Source: a virus
Taxonomy: Duplodnaviria; Caudoviricetes
Reading direction: 5' to 3' (one strand)
Virus record (IMG/VR): IMGVR_UViG_3300044724_009564
Location: 1 to 29,353 of that record
Length of the DNA: 29,353 bases
The notes beneath the pieces are model-generated. The model saw only the letters and a program-made list of their open reading frames with translations, did not search any database and had not been told where the DNA came from. Positions 1 through 7,345 of this stretch are shown in pieces (position 1 is the stretch's first letter; each line of letters starts with the position of its first letter). The position numbers were made by a program, and so were the translations under genes.

Positions 1-266
1 GGTATGTCCCACTCCACTGGGTCCACATCTGTTATGCCCAATAGGTAACAGACCAATGACGAACCTGCACTACCACGTGTCATGTGTGGTATGTCCCTTG
101 TCATTGCTATGATATCACATATTTGGATGAAGTAGTCTACGAAACGTAGTTGAAGGATGATGCGAGTCTCCTCGGCTAGCCTATGCGTGTATTCTTCTGT
201 GCCTGGACATTGCCTAATGAATCTATCGTACAGCCTTGTTATGTCGTTCAGTTCTTGGTCTTTCAT
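1..266 (-). CDS. dnaE: DnaE (DNA polymerase III alpha)-like protein lacking the PHP domain; 3' end runs off the window (not in the ORF track)
   Basis: Manual translation from ATG at 266: MKDQELNDITRLYDRFIRQCPGTEEYTHRLAEETRIILQLRFVDYFIQICDIIAMTRDIPHMTRGSAGSSLVCYLLGITDVDPVEWDI... It matches the DnaE segments Y..RL..E...I....F..YF and RGS.A.SLV.Y.LGIT..DP. Confidence 0.85.
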   Translation of the reverse strand, partial: MKDQELNDITRLYDRFIRQCPGTEEYTHRLAEETRIILQLRFVDYFIQICDIIAMTRDIPHMTRGSAGSSLVCYLLGITDVDPVEWDI

Positions 267-300
267 TTGCCTATGCTTTTATGTTTGCCTGTTATTGCCT
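267..300 (-). repeat. Three AGGCAA direct repeats in the leader of the DnaE-like gene
   Basis: ttgcct on the + strand at 267-272, 285-290 and 295-300; the last repeat in the minus-strand reading (267-272) abuts the ATG. Confidence 0.7.
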
Positions 301-310
301 TGAGCAAGTA

Positions 311-318
311 TATTTATC
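311..318 (-). promoter_or_regulatory. T4-late-like promoter element GATAAATA
   Basis: tatttatc at 311-318 in the intergenic gap, 44 nt upstream of ATG 266; one mismatch to the T4 late consensus TATAAATA. Confidence 0.45.
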
Positions 319-326
319 TGCGTAGA

Positions 327-1010
327 TTATGAAGCAGAAACTTTTTGACGTAATTTATTTTTTGGAATCTCAATATCTCTCTTATCGCATGCGGCACTGA
401 TCACACAAGTGTCGCACAGAGGTGATCTTGATTTACAAACAAGTTTTGCATGTGTTATCAACCACATGTGAGCACCGTATTTGTATTTGCTTGGTGTGGT
501 GTCATTGACCGTAATAGATGCTTTGCCTTCGTCGAGGCTGTCTGCCCAACCAAGACGCCACAACATCCTGAACACGTGGGTGTCCACTGCTATGTGTGGT
601 TCGCCAAAAACGAACCTCATCACTATGTCAGAACTCTTACGTCCAACTCCTGGCAGTGTCATCAGTTCTTTCTGTGTGCTTGGCACACGACCATCAAACT
701 TCTCCAAAAGCATTTTACTTGTGGCAAGTATGTTTTTAGATTTTGCATTGAACAAGCCTGCAGGTTTGATTGCTTCTATGATCTCATCCTGTGATAGTTT
801 GAGCATGTCTTCAGGCGTGTCTGCCAGTGCAAAAAGTTGTCTACAAGCGACCGCTGTCCTTTTGTCTTGCGATTGTGCAGATAACATCACTCCTATTAGG
901 CTTGTGTATGCCTTGGAGTATATTTTTGCTTTAGGTTTTTTGTTTGAGTAGTTTGGATATAGAGAACTTAATTTCTCGTATATATGGTTGATGTCATTAC
1001 TGTTCTTCAT
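327..1010 (-). CDS. nth: Endonuclease III (HhH-GPD DNA glycosylase/AP lyase with 4Fe-4S cluster)
   Basis: LSAQSQD, HhH motif LPGVGRKSS with catalytic Lys, VDTHVFR with catalytic Asp, C-x6-C-x2-C-x5-C cluster (CKSRSPLCDTCVISAAC). Confidence 0.95.
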   Translation of the reverse strand: MKNSNDINHIYEKLSSLYPNYSNKKPKAKIYSKAYTSLIGVMLSAQSQDKRTAVACRQLFALADTPEDMLKLSQDEIIEAIKPAGLFNAKSKNILATSKMLLEKFDGRVPSTQKELMTLPGVGRKSSDIVMRFVFGEPHIAVDTHVFRMLWRLGWADSLDEGKASITVNDTTPSKYKYGAHMWLITHAKLVCKSRSPLCDTCVISAACDKRDIEIPKNKLRQKVSAS

Positions 1011-2436
1011 CTGAGTGCAGTTCGTTTAAGAGTTGTCTCAGTTTACCGCCCTCGACTGTGGCTTTCACTTTTCCTATTGTGTCACCTTTTGTTGGATCAG
1101 GAACTTCTGGCCTAGCGTCTGTTGGTGTGCCCCCTCCTGTTACCTTAGATGTCTTTTTGAGATTATCGTATATTGTACTTCTCTGTTTGTCAAACTGTTT
1201 GTATTCTGGATCATCCGCCAAGTCTCTGATACGTAAACTGTCCACGTCAAACTCTAGATCCACTTTCTGTCCAACACCAGAACTTGATCTTGTTTTCATG
1301 AACTGTATCTGATACCTGCCACGTTCTTTCATTGCTCTTGATGTGAATATACCTATCACATTGTCAGCAGTCTGTATCTTAGAGAGTCCACCTGAGATGT
1401 GACTGTGATCAAACTCTATCTCTTCAACCGATGCCCTGTTCAACTGTGATGCAGTTGCCAACACGCATTGTTTCTCCACGACCAAGTTTCTCAGTTCTTC
1501 AGACACGTACTTGTCCTTGATAAACAAGTCCGCTGGCGATATCTTTTTACTCTTTGGCATCATGAGATCCAGGTAGTCAATCAGTATACAATCAATTTTT
1601 TTCTTGTTCTTAAGTTCTAGTTCTTTCAGATAAGTTCTCACATCCAACACGTTGCTACCACTTGGCAAGTATTTGATCTGCAAGTTTCCTGCTTTCTTCT
1701 TCAACATCTTGACTTTCATCTCAACGTTCTCTATCTCAGGAAACACTTTCTTTGTTGGAATGTTTGTCATCATCGCATCAAGCCTCATCGCTGTCAGTTG
1801 TTCACTCAATTCAAAAGAAATGTAACAAACGTTCAGACCAGCCAGTGCCCAATTAACCGCAAGATTCTGCAAGAACAAACTCTTACCTGCGCCTGATCCA
1901 CCTGCAAAGATGTTTAGTTCTCCGCGGTTGAAACCGCCAAACAGTTTCTTGTCTAGGTTATTCCAGCCTGTGCTGATCTGTCCGTTGTTTGCCTTGAGTG
2001 CCTCAAGTCTTCCCTTGGGATCCTCAAAGTAGTCTGTACCGAGATCACGTGTGAGTCCCACGTTGACTGCGTCCTTGACCATGTCCTCGACCGGAGCATA
2101 GTCGCCCTTCTCCAACATGTCTGCCGACTGTAGTATCGCACGTTCAAGTGCCTTATGTCTCGAGAATGTTTCAAATTCATCCAACAACCAATTGAAATGG
2201 CTTGGGTCCAAGTCCTTTGCTGACTTCAACTTGATGTCATGTTTTGCGTTCACCTGTTCTACGTCAGGCATCACTTTGTATTCATCCATGTAGTCCTTGA
2301 CGAACTTTGCGATTGGTTGCAGTTTACGATCAAATGATTCAGGTTTGAATATGTTCTGTGCCCGTGCGAAAGATTCCGCATCTGCTAGAAGCATCTCTAT
2401 ATAAAGTTTCTGTACATCAAAAGTATATTCAGACAT
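997..2436 (-). CDS. gp41: DnaB-family replicative helicase (T4 gp41-like)
   Basis: Walker A GGSGAGKS, YISFELS, Walker B ILIDYLDL, TASQLNR, KTRSS; adjacent to primase. Confidence 0.92.
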   Translation of the reverse strand: MSEYTFDVQKLYIEMLLADAESFARAQNIFKPESFDRKLQPIAKFVKDYMDEYKVMPDVEQVNAKHDIKLKSAKDLDPSHFNWLLDEFETFSRHKALERAILQSADMLEKGDYAPVEDMVKDAVNVGLTRDLGTDYFEDPKGRLEALKANNGQISTGWNNLDKKLFGGFNRGELNIFAGGSGAGKSLFLQNLAVNWALAGLNVCYISFELSEQLTAMRLDAMMTNIPTKKVFPEIENVEMKVKMLKKKAGNLQIKYLPSGSNVLDVRTYLKELELKNKKKIDCILIDYLDLMMPKSKKISPADLFIKDKYVSEELRNLVVEKQCVLATASQLNRASVEEIEFDHSHISGGLSKIQTADNVIGIFTSRAMKERGRYQIQFMKTRSSSGVGQKVDLEFDVDSLRIRDLADDPEYKQFDKQRSTIYDNLKKTSKVTGGGTPTDARPEVPDPTKGDTIGKVKATVEGGKLRQLLNELHSDEEQ

Positions 2437-3328
2437 TTAAATTCCCACAGTGTATTTTACAACATTCATGAGCAGAAGTAAATTGTTTTGTTGACTCGTA
2501 AAAGTCTTTTACCGCTTTGTCATCCAGTATATCTTTAAGATTATGGTTTTTGATGTTGTATTTTTTGTTTGTTGGTTTGAACACACTTTTATATTTGTAC
2601 CTGTATGTTCCCATGTAACAGCAAGGATAAAAATCACCTTCGCTGTCTATGTACATTTCTATGCAGTCCTTTTTAAGGAGACAAGCAGGGATCATTTTAC
2701 CATTTGTTTCGTTTGGGTCAACTTCTTTCTGTCTGATCTTATCTTGTGTGTATTCCTTGTCTGGCATTAGGTCTTTTCGGTCATCCCACCTATGACTGTG
2801 TACTATTTTGAATTCATCAAAGCCAAGTTCTTTACTAAGACTCCTAGCCTGATCTATTTGATGTTGGTTGTGTTTGAAAACTATAAATTTCCAAATCGTT
2901 TTGAAACCTTTCCCGGTGGTAGAGTCTACTGCTGTCATTATACTTTTCCATTTTGCATTCTTACGATAAATGTGGTTTGTATCCTCAAGACCGTCTATTG
3001 CGAATGTGATAGAATCTTTATCATCCAGTATTGCTACTAACTTTTCCCACCACGCCTTGGTCTTAGCACTGCCGTTGGTAGCAATGTCTAGTGTGTTTTT
3101 GTTCGTTTTTAATCTAGAACAAAGTTCAATGAATCGCGAATGATAAATTGGATCTCCTCTGTTGCCGCATATCTGCAAAGTGTTGTTGTTGCCTAAAAAT
3201 CTCACGATATCATCTACATCAATTTCGTGCAGTAATCTTTTATTAAATTTTTTTTCAAACCAAGTACGGTCACAAAGAGGACACTCCAAAGTGCATTTAC
3301 TGGTTGGTTCAATATGAAATCTAGCCAT
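2429..3328 (-). CDS. Radical SAM protein with SPASM/twitch-like C-terminal region
   Basis: CxxxCxxC (CTLECPLC), GNRGDP, ATNGS, FAIDG, and C-terminal YIDSEGDFYPCC ... CCKIHC. Confidence 0.88.
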   Translation of the reverse strand: MARFHIEPTSKCTLECPLCDRTWFEKKFNKRLLHEIDVDDIVRFLGNNNTLQICGNRGDPIYHSRFIELCSRLKTNKNTLDIATNGSAKTKAWWEKLVAILDDKDSITFAIDGLEDTNHIYRKNAKWKSIMTAVDSTTGKGFKTIWKFIVFKHNQHQIDQARSLSKELGFDEFKIVHSHRWDDRKDLMPDKEYTQDKIRQKEVDPNETNGKMIPACLLKKDCIEMYIDSEGDFYPCCYMGTYRYKYKSVFKPTNKKYNIKNHNLKDILDDKAVKDFYESTKQFTSAHECCKIHCGNLNV

Positions 3329-4334
3329 ACATTTTTTTCTTGAGATCTATCTTCAATTTGCTGTCTTCTGTAGTCTTCAATATTGATTGCAAAACAAATA
3401 ATCTACCAAATTTTGCAACTGCATCCGCCACGTCGTTCACTCCATTTGGCCATTCAGGAAATGCAACACTCCAACCAAATTCTTTTGCTTGGTCAATCAG
3501 TTTGTCTCCGGGTGCATCTCTGTCCGGTACAACTATCACTTTTCTACCCAACCCATCTATGAGATCTCGTTGTGTATCATTTATCTCACTACCAAGTATG
3601 CTCACACCAGAAACGGCTATTGCATCAAACGGCCCTTCGGTGACGATCACAAATTTACGTGTCCAATCCTGTGCATCCATGTTGAACACATAGCCTGGCC
3701 AAACATCTGTGTAGTACTTGACACTATCAGACTCCTCAAAGATTCTTCCTGTGAACCCTACCACCTCGCCCTTCCAGTAGAACGGAATCAACAGTCTCTG
3801 ATTCACGTCCCACACCTTGTCTGGCGAGTACATGAAATCATACCAGTCAGCGCCTATACCCCTGCTCTCAAGATACTTCAGTAGTGCGTCTATCTTTTTC
3901 CATTGTGGTTCTGTCAAGTCATTTGCCACGTACTTTTCTAACCACACGTCTAGTTTGTGTGTGTTCTTTGGTAGAGTTTTCTTGTTGAATGTTACAAATT
4001 TCTTTTTCTCATACTTGACATCACTCTCTTCTTCACGCAGTGCTTCTATGGCCAACTTACGTATTGTGTCCTCGGGTATTCCAATGTAACTCATGAACTG
4101 CCTCATCTTATAGGTAAGTTTACGTCCTATGATGTAACTGGCCTTGAATCCACAATTGAAACAGTGATAACTCACAGTGCCGTCAGCACTGGTCATTATA
4201 CCGCCACGTTTTTTCTTATCTGCTGTCTCTCCGTTGTGAACGCAACAAGGAGCATTGAAACTAGTCCAACCGCTAGGAGTCTTTTTCCTACCCGTAGGCA
4301 GGCTCGTCAGAATAGTAGATTGGATCAGGTTCAT
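3321..4334 (-). CDS. gp61: DNA primase (T4 gp61/DnaG-like; Zn finger + TOPRIM)
   Basis: N-terminal CCVH...HCFNCG zinc-binding region, IPF...GFTGR, KY, TOPRIM motifs EGPFDA and PDRD. Confidence 0.9.
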   Translation of the reverse strand: MNLIQSTILTSLPTGRKKTPSGWTSFNAPCCVHNGETADKKKRGGIMTSADGTVSYHCFNCGFKASYIIGRKLTYKMRQFMSYIGIPEDTIRKLAIEALREEESDVKYEKKKFVTFNKKTLPKNTHKLDVWLEKYVANDLTEPQWKKIDALLKYLESRGIGADWYDFMYSPDKVWDVNQRLLIPFYWKGEVVGFTGRIFEESDSVKYYTDVWPGYVFNMDAQDWTRKFVIVTEGPFDAIAVSGVSILGSEINDTQRDLIDGLGRKVIVVPDRDAPGDKLIDQAKEFGWSVAFPEWPNGVNDVADAVAKFGRLFVLQSILKTTEDSKLKIDLKKKMYG

Positions 4335-4341
4335 ACCCTAT

Positions 4342-4370
4342 ATTTTACTGTCTATAAAGGATTTTGTCAA
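4342..4370 (-). promoter_or_regulatory. Sigma70-type promoter TTGACA-N17-TAAAAT for the primase operon
   Basis: Minus strand TTGACA (4365-4370), 17-nt spacer, TAAAAT (4342-4347), 7 nt before primase ATG (4334). Confidence 0.75.
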
Positions 4371-5142
4371 TACGGCCTGTTGTGTCCGCAGTTCTTACCG
4401 CAATAAATCTCACGTTTTGGTAAACACCCGTGAAGTTGAGAGACGACACAGCAGACGAACTTGAAAGATCTGTGCTGGTAACTGCAAAGTAGTCATCATC
4501 GGTCGGACTGGTACCAACCATTGTTGCTTCAACCCTCACAGTGCCTGAAAAGTTATTTGGGTAAATTGCAATGGTATGCAATGCCTTGTTGTTGTTGATT
4601 CCTGGTTTGGCTGGTATATCGCTTGAAGTAAAAGTTTCTCCTGATAGAGTGAAAGTGGACACTGACGTGCTTGGTATAAATTGTGGATAGGCACCGTCGA
4701 GTAGTTCCATGCTACCTGAAGCAGAATATCCTGTGTCTGAATAGGTTACTTCTCGTGAACCGTCAGTTTTTACCTCACGCACCGCATAGTTGTAAAATTT
4801 TGCGTCCAATGGTAGCAAATCACCCTCGGTGATTGTGCAGGTGGCCTGTCCCTTGGTGGACAACGTACTCCCGTCGTCCAAAGGCGTCAACGTCTTTGTT
4901 ATCACTGATTTGCTTGTTTCACTGTCGATAATGTTCAGTTCGTAGTAGTTTCCGCTGGCAACTGTTTTGGATGAGATGTCCTGTGCCTTCTGATCTTCGT
5001 TCTTGAACGTAAAAGTTATAGGGTTTGACACCCCTCTGTGTAGTGTTAAACGTCTATCGTACACTTTAGAATTCCTCCCGTGGTAACCACTTACGTAGGC
5101 CATTACCAACTGTGATAGTAAATACCTTGATACTGTTTGCAT
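4345..5142 (-). CDS. Hypothetical protein, probably virion structural (beta-rich; BppU-like N-terminal pattern)
   Basis: 265 aa, Ser/Thr/Gly-rich, pattern LHRG...ITFTFKN...G.A..TI; preceded by late-type TAAATA motifs. Function is inference. Confidence 0.55.
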   Translation of the reverse strand: MQTVSRYLLSQLVMAYVSGYHGRNSKVYDRRLTLHRGVSNPITFTFKNEDQKAQDISSKTVASGNYYELNIIDSETSKSVITKTLTPLDDGSTLSTKGQATCTITEGDLLPLDAKFYNYAVREVKTDGSREVTYSDTGYSASGSMELLDGAYPQFIPSTSVSTFTLSGETFTSSDIPAKPGINNNKALHTIAIYPNNFSGTVRVEATMVGTSPTDDDYFAVTSTDLSSSSAVSSLNFTGVYQNVRFIAVRTADTTGRIDKILYRQ

Positions 5143-5148
5143 AGTACA

Positions 5149-5166
5149 TATTTAACAGTATTTATA
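5149..5166 (-). promoter_or_regulatory. Tandem T4-late-like promoter elements TATAAATA and TAAATA
   Basis: Minus strand reads TATAAATA-ctgt-TAAATA-tgtact-ATG (5159-5166, 5149-5154, ATG at 5142). Confidence 0.65.
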
Positions 5167-5174
5167 GATAGAGC

Positions 5175-5549
5175 ATGAACGAAATTTTTAACACACTTAG
5201 GGACAAGTTCCCGTTTCTCAGCCTTATACGAAAGGGTGATCTGGAGTATGTGGGCATAGTGCAGAATGAAGATGTCAATGTCATCAGTTTCTATGATTAT
5301 GGCAGGTTGATGATGCCACAAGACAAGATGAGATTCCTCAAATGCGGTGAGACTTGGTGGCATGAATCCAACCGTAAATTACCAATTAATATATTCCTAA
5401 AGGGTGAATTCCGTTATTTTAGATCTACATTGGTCACATTGAACTCCAAGGATGTTGAAATAGTCCACGGACCCACAGTCAAACTATCTGATATTTCAAA
5501 GAAACGGGTAAAACGAAGAACAATCCAATTAGTTCGTAGACCTACTTAG
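5175..5549 (+). CDS. Hypothetical protein (possible Sm/Hfq-like fold)
   Basis: 124-aa ATG ORF filling the gap between minus-strand genes; basic C-terminus. The fold suggestion is speculative. Confidence 0.7.
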   Translation: MNEIFNTLRDKFPFLSLIRKGDLEYVGIVQNEDVNVISFYDYGRLMMPQDKMRFLKCGETWWHESNRKLPINIFLKGEFRYFRSTLVTLNSKDVEIVHGPTVKLSDISKKRVKRRTIQLVRRPT

Positions 5550-5701
5550 GCTTTTTTGTAATTTATCCCACAAACTTTTTCAACATATTTTGTCAAGTCG
5601 TTATTAGGTTGATAGGATAACATTTCTGATCTTAAGGCTGAACTACGATTGGATTTCTTACGTTTTTTGGTGATTGTTTTCTTAGGTTTTTGATGTTGCA
5701 T
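5546..5701 (-). CDS. Small basic hypothetical protein, 51 aa (not in ORF track)
   Basis: MQHQKPKKTITKKRKKSNRSSALRSEMLSYQPNNDLTKYVEKVCGINYKKA; fills the only gap, and its stop overlaps the stop of the convergent gene. Confidence 0.5.
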   Translation of the reverse strand: MQHQKPKKTITKKRKKSNRSSALRSEMLSYQPNNDLTKYVEKVCGINYKKA

Positions 5702-6272
5702 CAAAACTATATTTACCTCTAGATATCAAATTCATCTGCACCACTATCGCCTGTGCGTATGCGACTGCGTGTGATTTCTTGAAGAAGTAGGATCCATCCG
5801 TGGGTTTGATCCAAACCTCTTTCATGATGTCCACCCAGTCCTTGTGCATCAGGTGTCTCTTCGCAGGACGTATGATAGCCAATACAGCCGCAAGTTGTTC
5901 TATTGTCCTTGGTTCAAGTTTGGACACTATGTTGAAATGGCCATTTAGGTGGAAAAGGTTTTCCACTGTCTTTGGATCTTTCAGCATGTCCCAATCTGGC
6001 TCCTGGATCATCAGTTCAACTAATTCCTGCTCTGATTTCACATCCTTGTATATGTTAACATTGAGGCAGTCTACCTTGAAGTAGCCTCTGTCCTCTGCCT
6101 GTTTGTAATCAAGTGTCGCGTGCCCTGTCACAGGGTGTTCTGGCACTGCATGGAAGTATACTCCTGTTTTGTGCTTCTCTGACTTACCCTCTTTGATTAT
6201 AGACGCCGGCGTGTGTTTGAATAACTTCAACGTGTTGTCTCTGTCATAGAAATCTATATCCACATCAGGCAT
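5682..6272 (-). CDS. dnaE: Miniature DnaE (C-family polymerase) catalytic-core protein, 196 aa
   Basis: Collinear DnaE motifs: MPDVDIDF, KHKTGVYF, GYFKVDCL, LEPRTIEQLAAVLAIIRPA, YFFKKSHAVAYA. Confidence 0.85.
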   Translation of the reverse strand: MPDVDIDFYDRDNTLKLFKHTPASIIKEGKSEKHKTGVYFHAVPEHPVTGHATLDYKQAEDRGYFKVDCLNVNIYKDVKSEQELVELMIQEPDWDMLKDPKTVENLFHLNGHFNIVSKLEPRTIEQLAAVLAIIRPAKRHLMHKDWVDIMKEVWIKPTDGSYFFKKSHAVAYAQAIVVQMNLISRGKYSFDATSKT

Positions 6273-6436
6273 TATAATTCCTCAGCAATTCCTAAAAGTT
6301 CTGCAATTAATAATCCACCTGCAAGCCAAACGATTCCTCCCCCTAATAGTACTGCGGCACATCCGGCAATACGAACAATGCTTTTTACCATGCTTATGTA
6401 AAAATGTTTTTTGCTTATGTCAACTGGTTCAGGCAT
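6272..6436 (-). CDS. Small membrane protein, 54 aa (not in ORF track)
   Basis: MPEPVDISKKHFYISMVKSIVRIAGCAAVLLGGGIVWLAGGLLIAELLGIAEEL; TAATG stop/start overlaps at both ends; long hydrophobic stretch. Confidence 0.8.
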   Translation of the reverse strand: MPEPVDISKKHFYISMVKSIVRIAGCAAVLLGGGIVWLAGGLLIAELLGIAEEL

Positions 6437-6669
6437 TAGTGTACGCTTCCTTTCTCTTTTGAATCATGTTTGATAAATTCTTCTTTGGCTCCAGGAGACA
6501 ATAGTTCGACCACATCAAGCATCTTCCTATAACCTTCACTGCTTCTTATCTCTTCAGTCATCTTGGGCATTATGATCTTTCCTATAGCACCATCTGGTTT
6601 GATTGTTATTGCTATGTCTCCGTCGTCAAACTCTAGGTTCTCTGCTATCTCTAAATTCACTTTAGACAA
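6436..6669 (-). CDS. Hypothetical protein, 77 aa
   Basis: ATG ORF translationally coupled to both neighbours. Confidence 0.7.
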   Translation of the reverse strand: MSKVNLEIAENLEFDDGDIAITIKPDGAIGKIIMPKMTEEIRSSEGYRKMLDVVELLSPGAKEEFIKHDSKEKGSVH

Positions 6670-7345
6670 TCTTGGCCTCTCTTGCTGTGTCCTGTACCAA
6701 CATTAGATCCGCTGGATAACTTTTCAACTTGCTTGGCCAGAAACTTGGGTTGATAAATTTTTCTATCATTTGTAATTGTTCGTCGTTGAATGATTTTAAC
6801 ATCCTTTTGCCTGCGTTGCAACCTAACAGCAACCAAGGACTTATCTTGCCCTGTTGGATGTGTGCCACTGCCCTGTTGGTGTTGACCAGTCTGAAGTAAT
6901 CTGACCACTGTGCGTTCTGTTCTGTGGCCCAGTCCATCATTGTGGCTATGCTTCTCTGTAATGCGGCCTCAACAGGTTCCGTCTTCAGTGCTTCAACGAG
7001 ATACAACTCGTATAGGTCATCCCTCGACCAATGATCCAGTTTGACCTTTGATCGTAACACATAGTCTATGTACTTGTCTGGGTACAAGGGGTTGATGTGC
7101 ATGATGAATCTACCAAACTTGACAAACGCATTGTAGTAGGCACTCTTGACAAAATCATCATATGTCTTTGGTTTTGAATTGTGTTGGTGTATCTGATAGA
7201 ATCTCTGGAACACCATGAATGCATTCACCACCCATTTCTCATCACGTTGCAGATATCTACGTTTTGGTTCGCACAGGTGCACTTGCAGTGTCCGTGCCTT
7301 TGCGAACTCCTTGTCACAGTATGTGCATTTATTTGTTGTGGCCAT
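6662..7345 (-). CDS. Hypothetical protein with N-terminal C2HC/C2H2-like zinc finger
   Basis: CTYCDKEFAKARTLQVHLC (C-x2-C-x3-F-x8-H-x-C); 227 aa in the replication operon. Confidence 0.7.
   Translation of the reverse strand: MATTNKCTYCDKEFAKARTLQVHLCEPKRRYLQRDEKWVVNAFMVFQRFYQIHQHNSKPKTYDDFVKSAYYNAFVKFGRFIMHINPLYPDKYIDYVLRSKVKLDHWSRDDLYELYLVEALKTEPVEAALQRSIATMMDWATEQNAQWSDYFRLVNTNRAVAHIQQGKISPWLLLGCNAGKRMLKSFNDEQLQMIEKFINPSFWPSKLKSYPADLMLVQDTAREAKIV

Noticed and set aside
5682-6272. Interpretation as a dnaE pseudogene or split-intein fragment
   Set aside because: Motifs are collinear in one frame with in-frame domain deletions and a coupled start; no intein N- or C-terminal motifs are attached.
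6264-6436. Similar short sequence (tcaggcatta) at two consecutive gene starts
   Set aside because: Explained by both genes starting TAATG-CCT-GA (Met-Pro-Asp/Glu); too short to call a repeat element.
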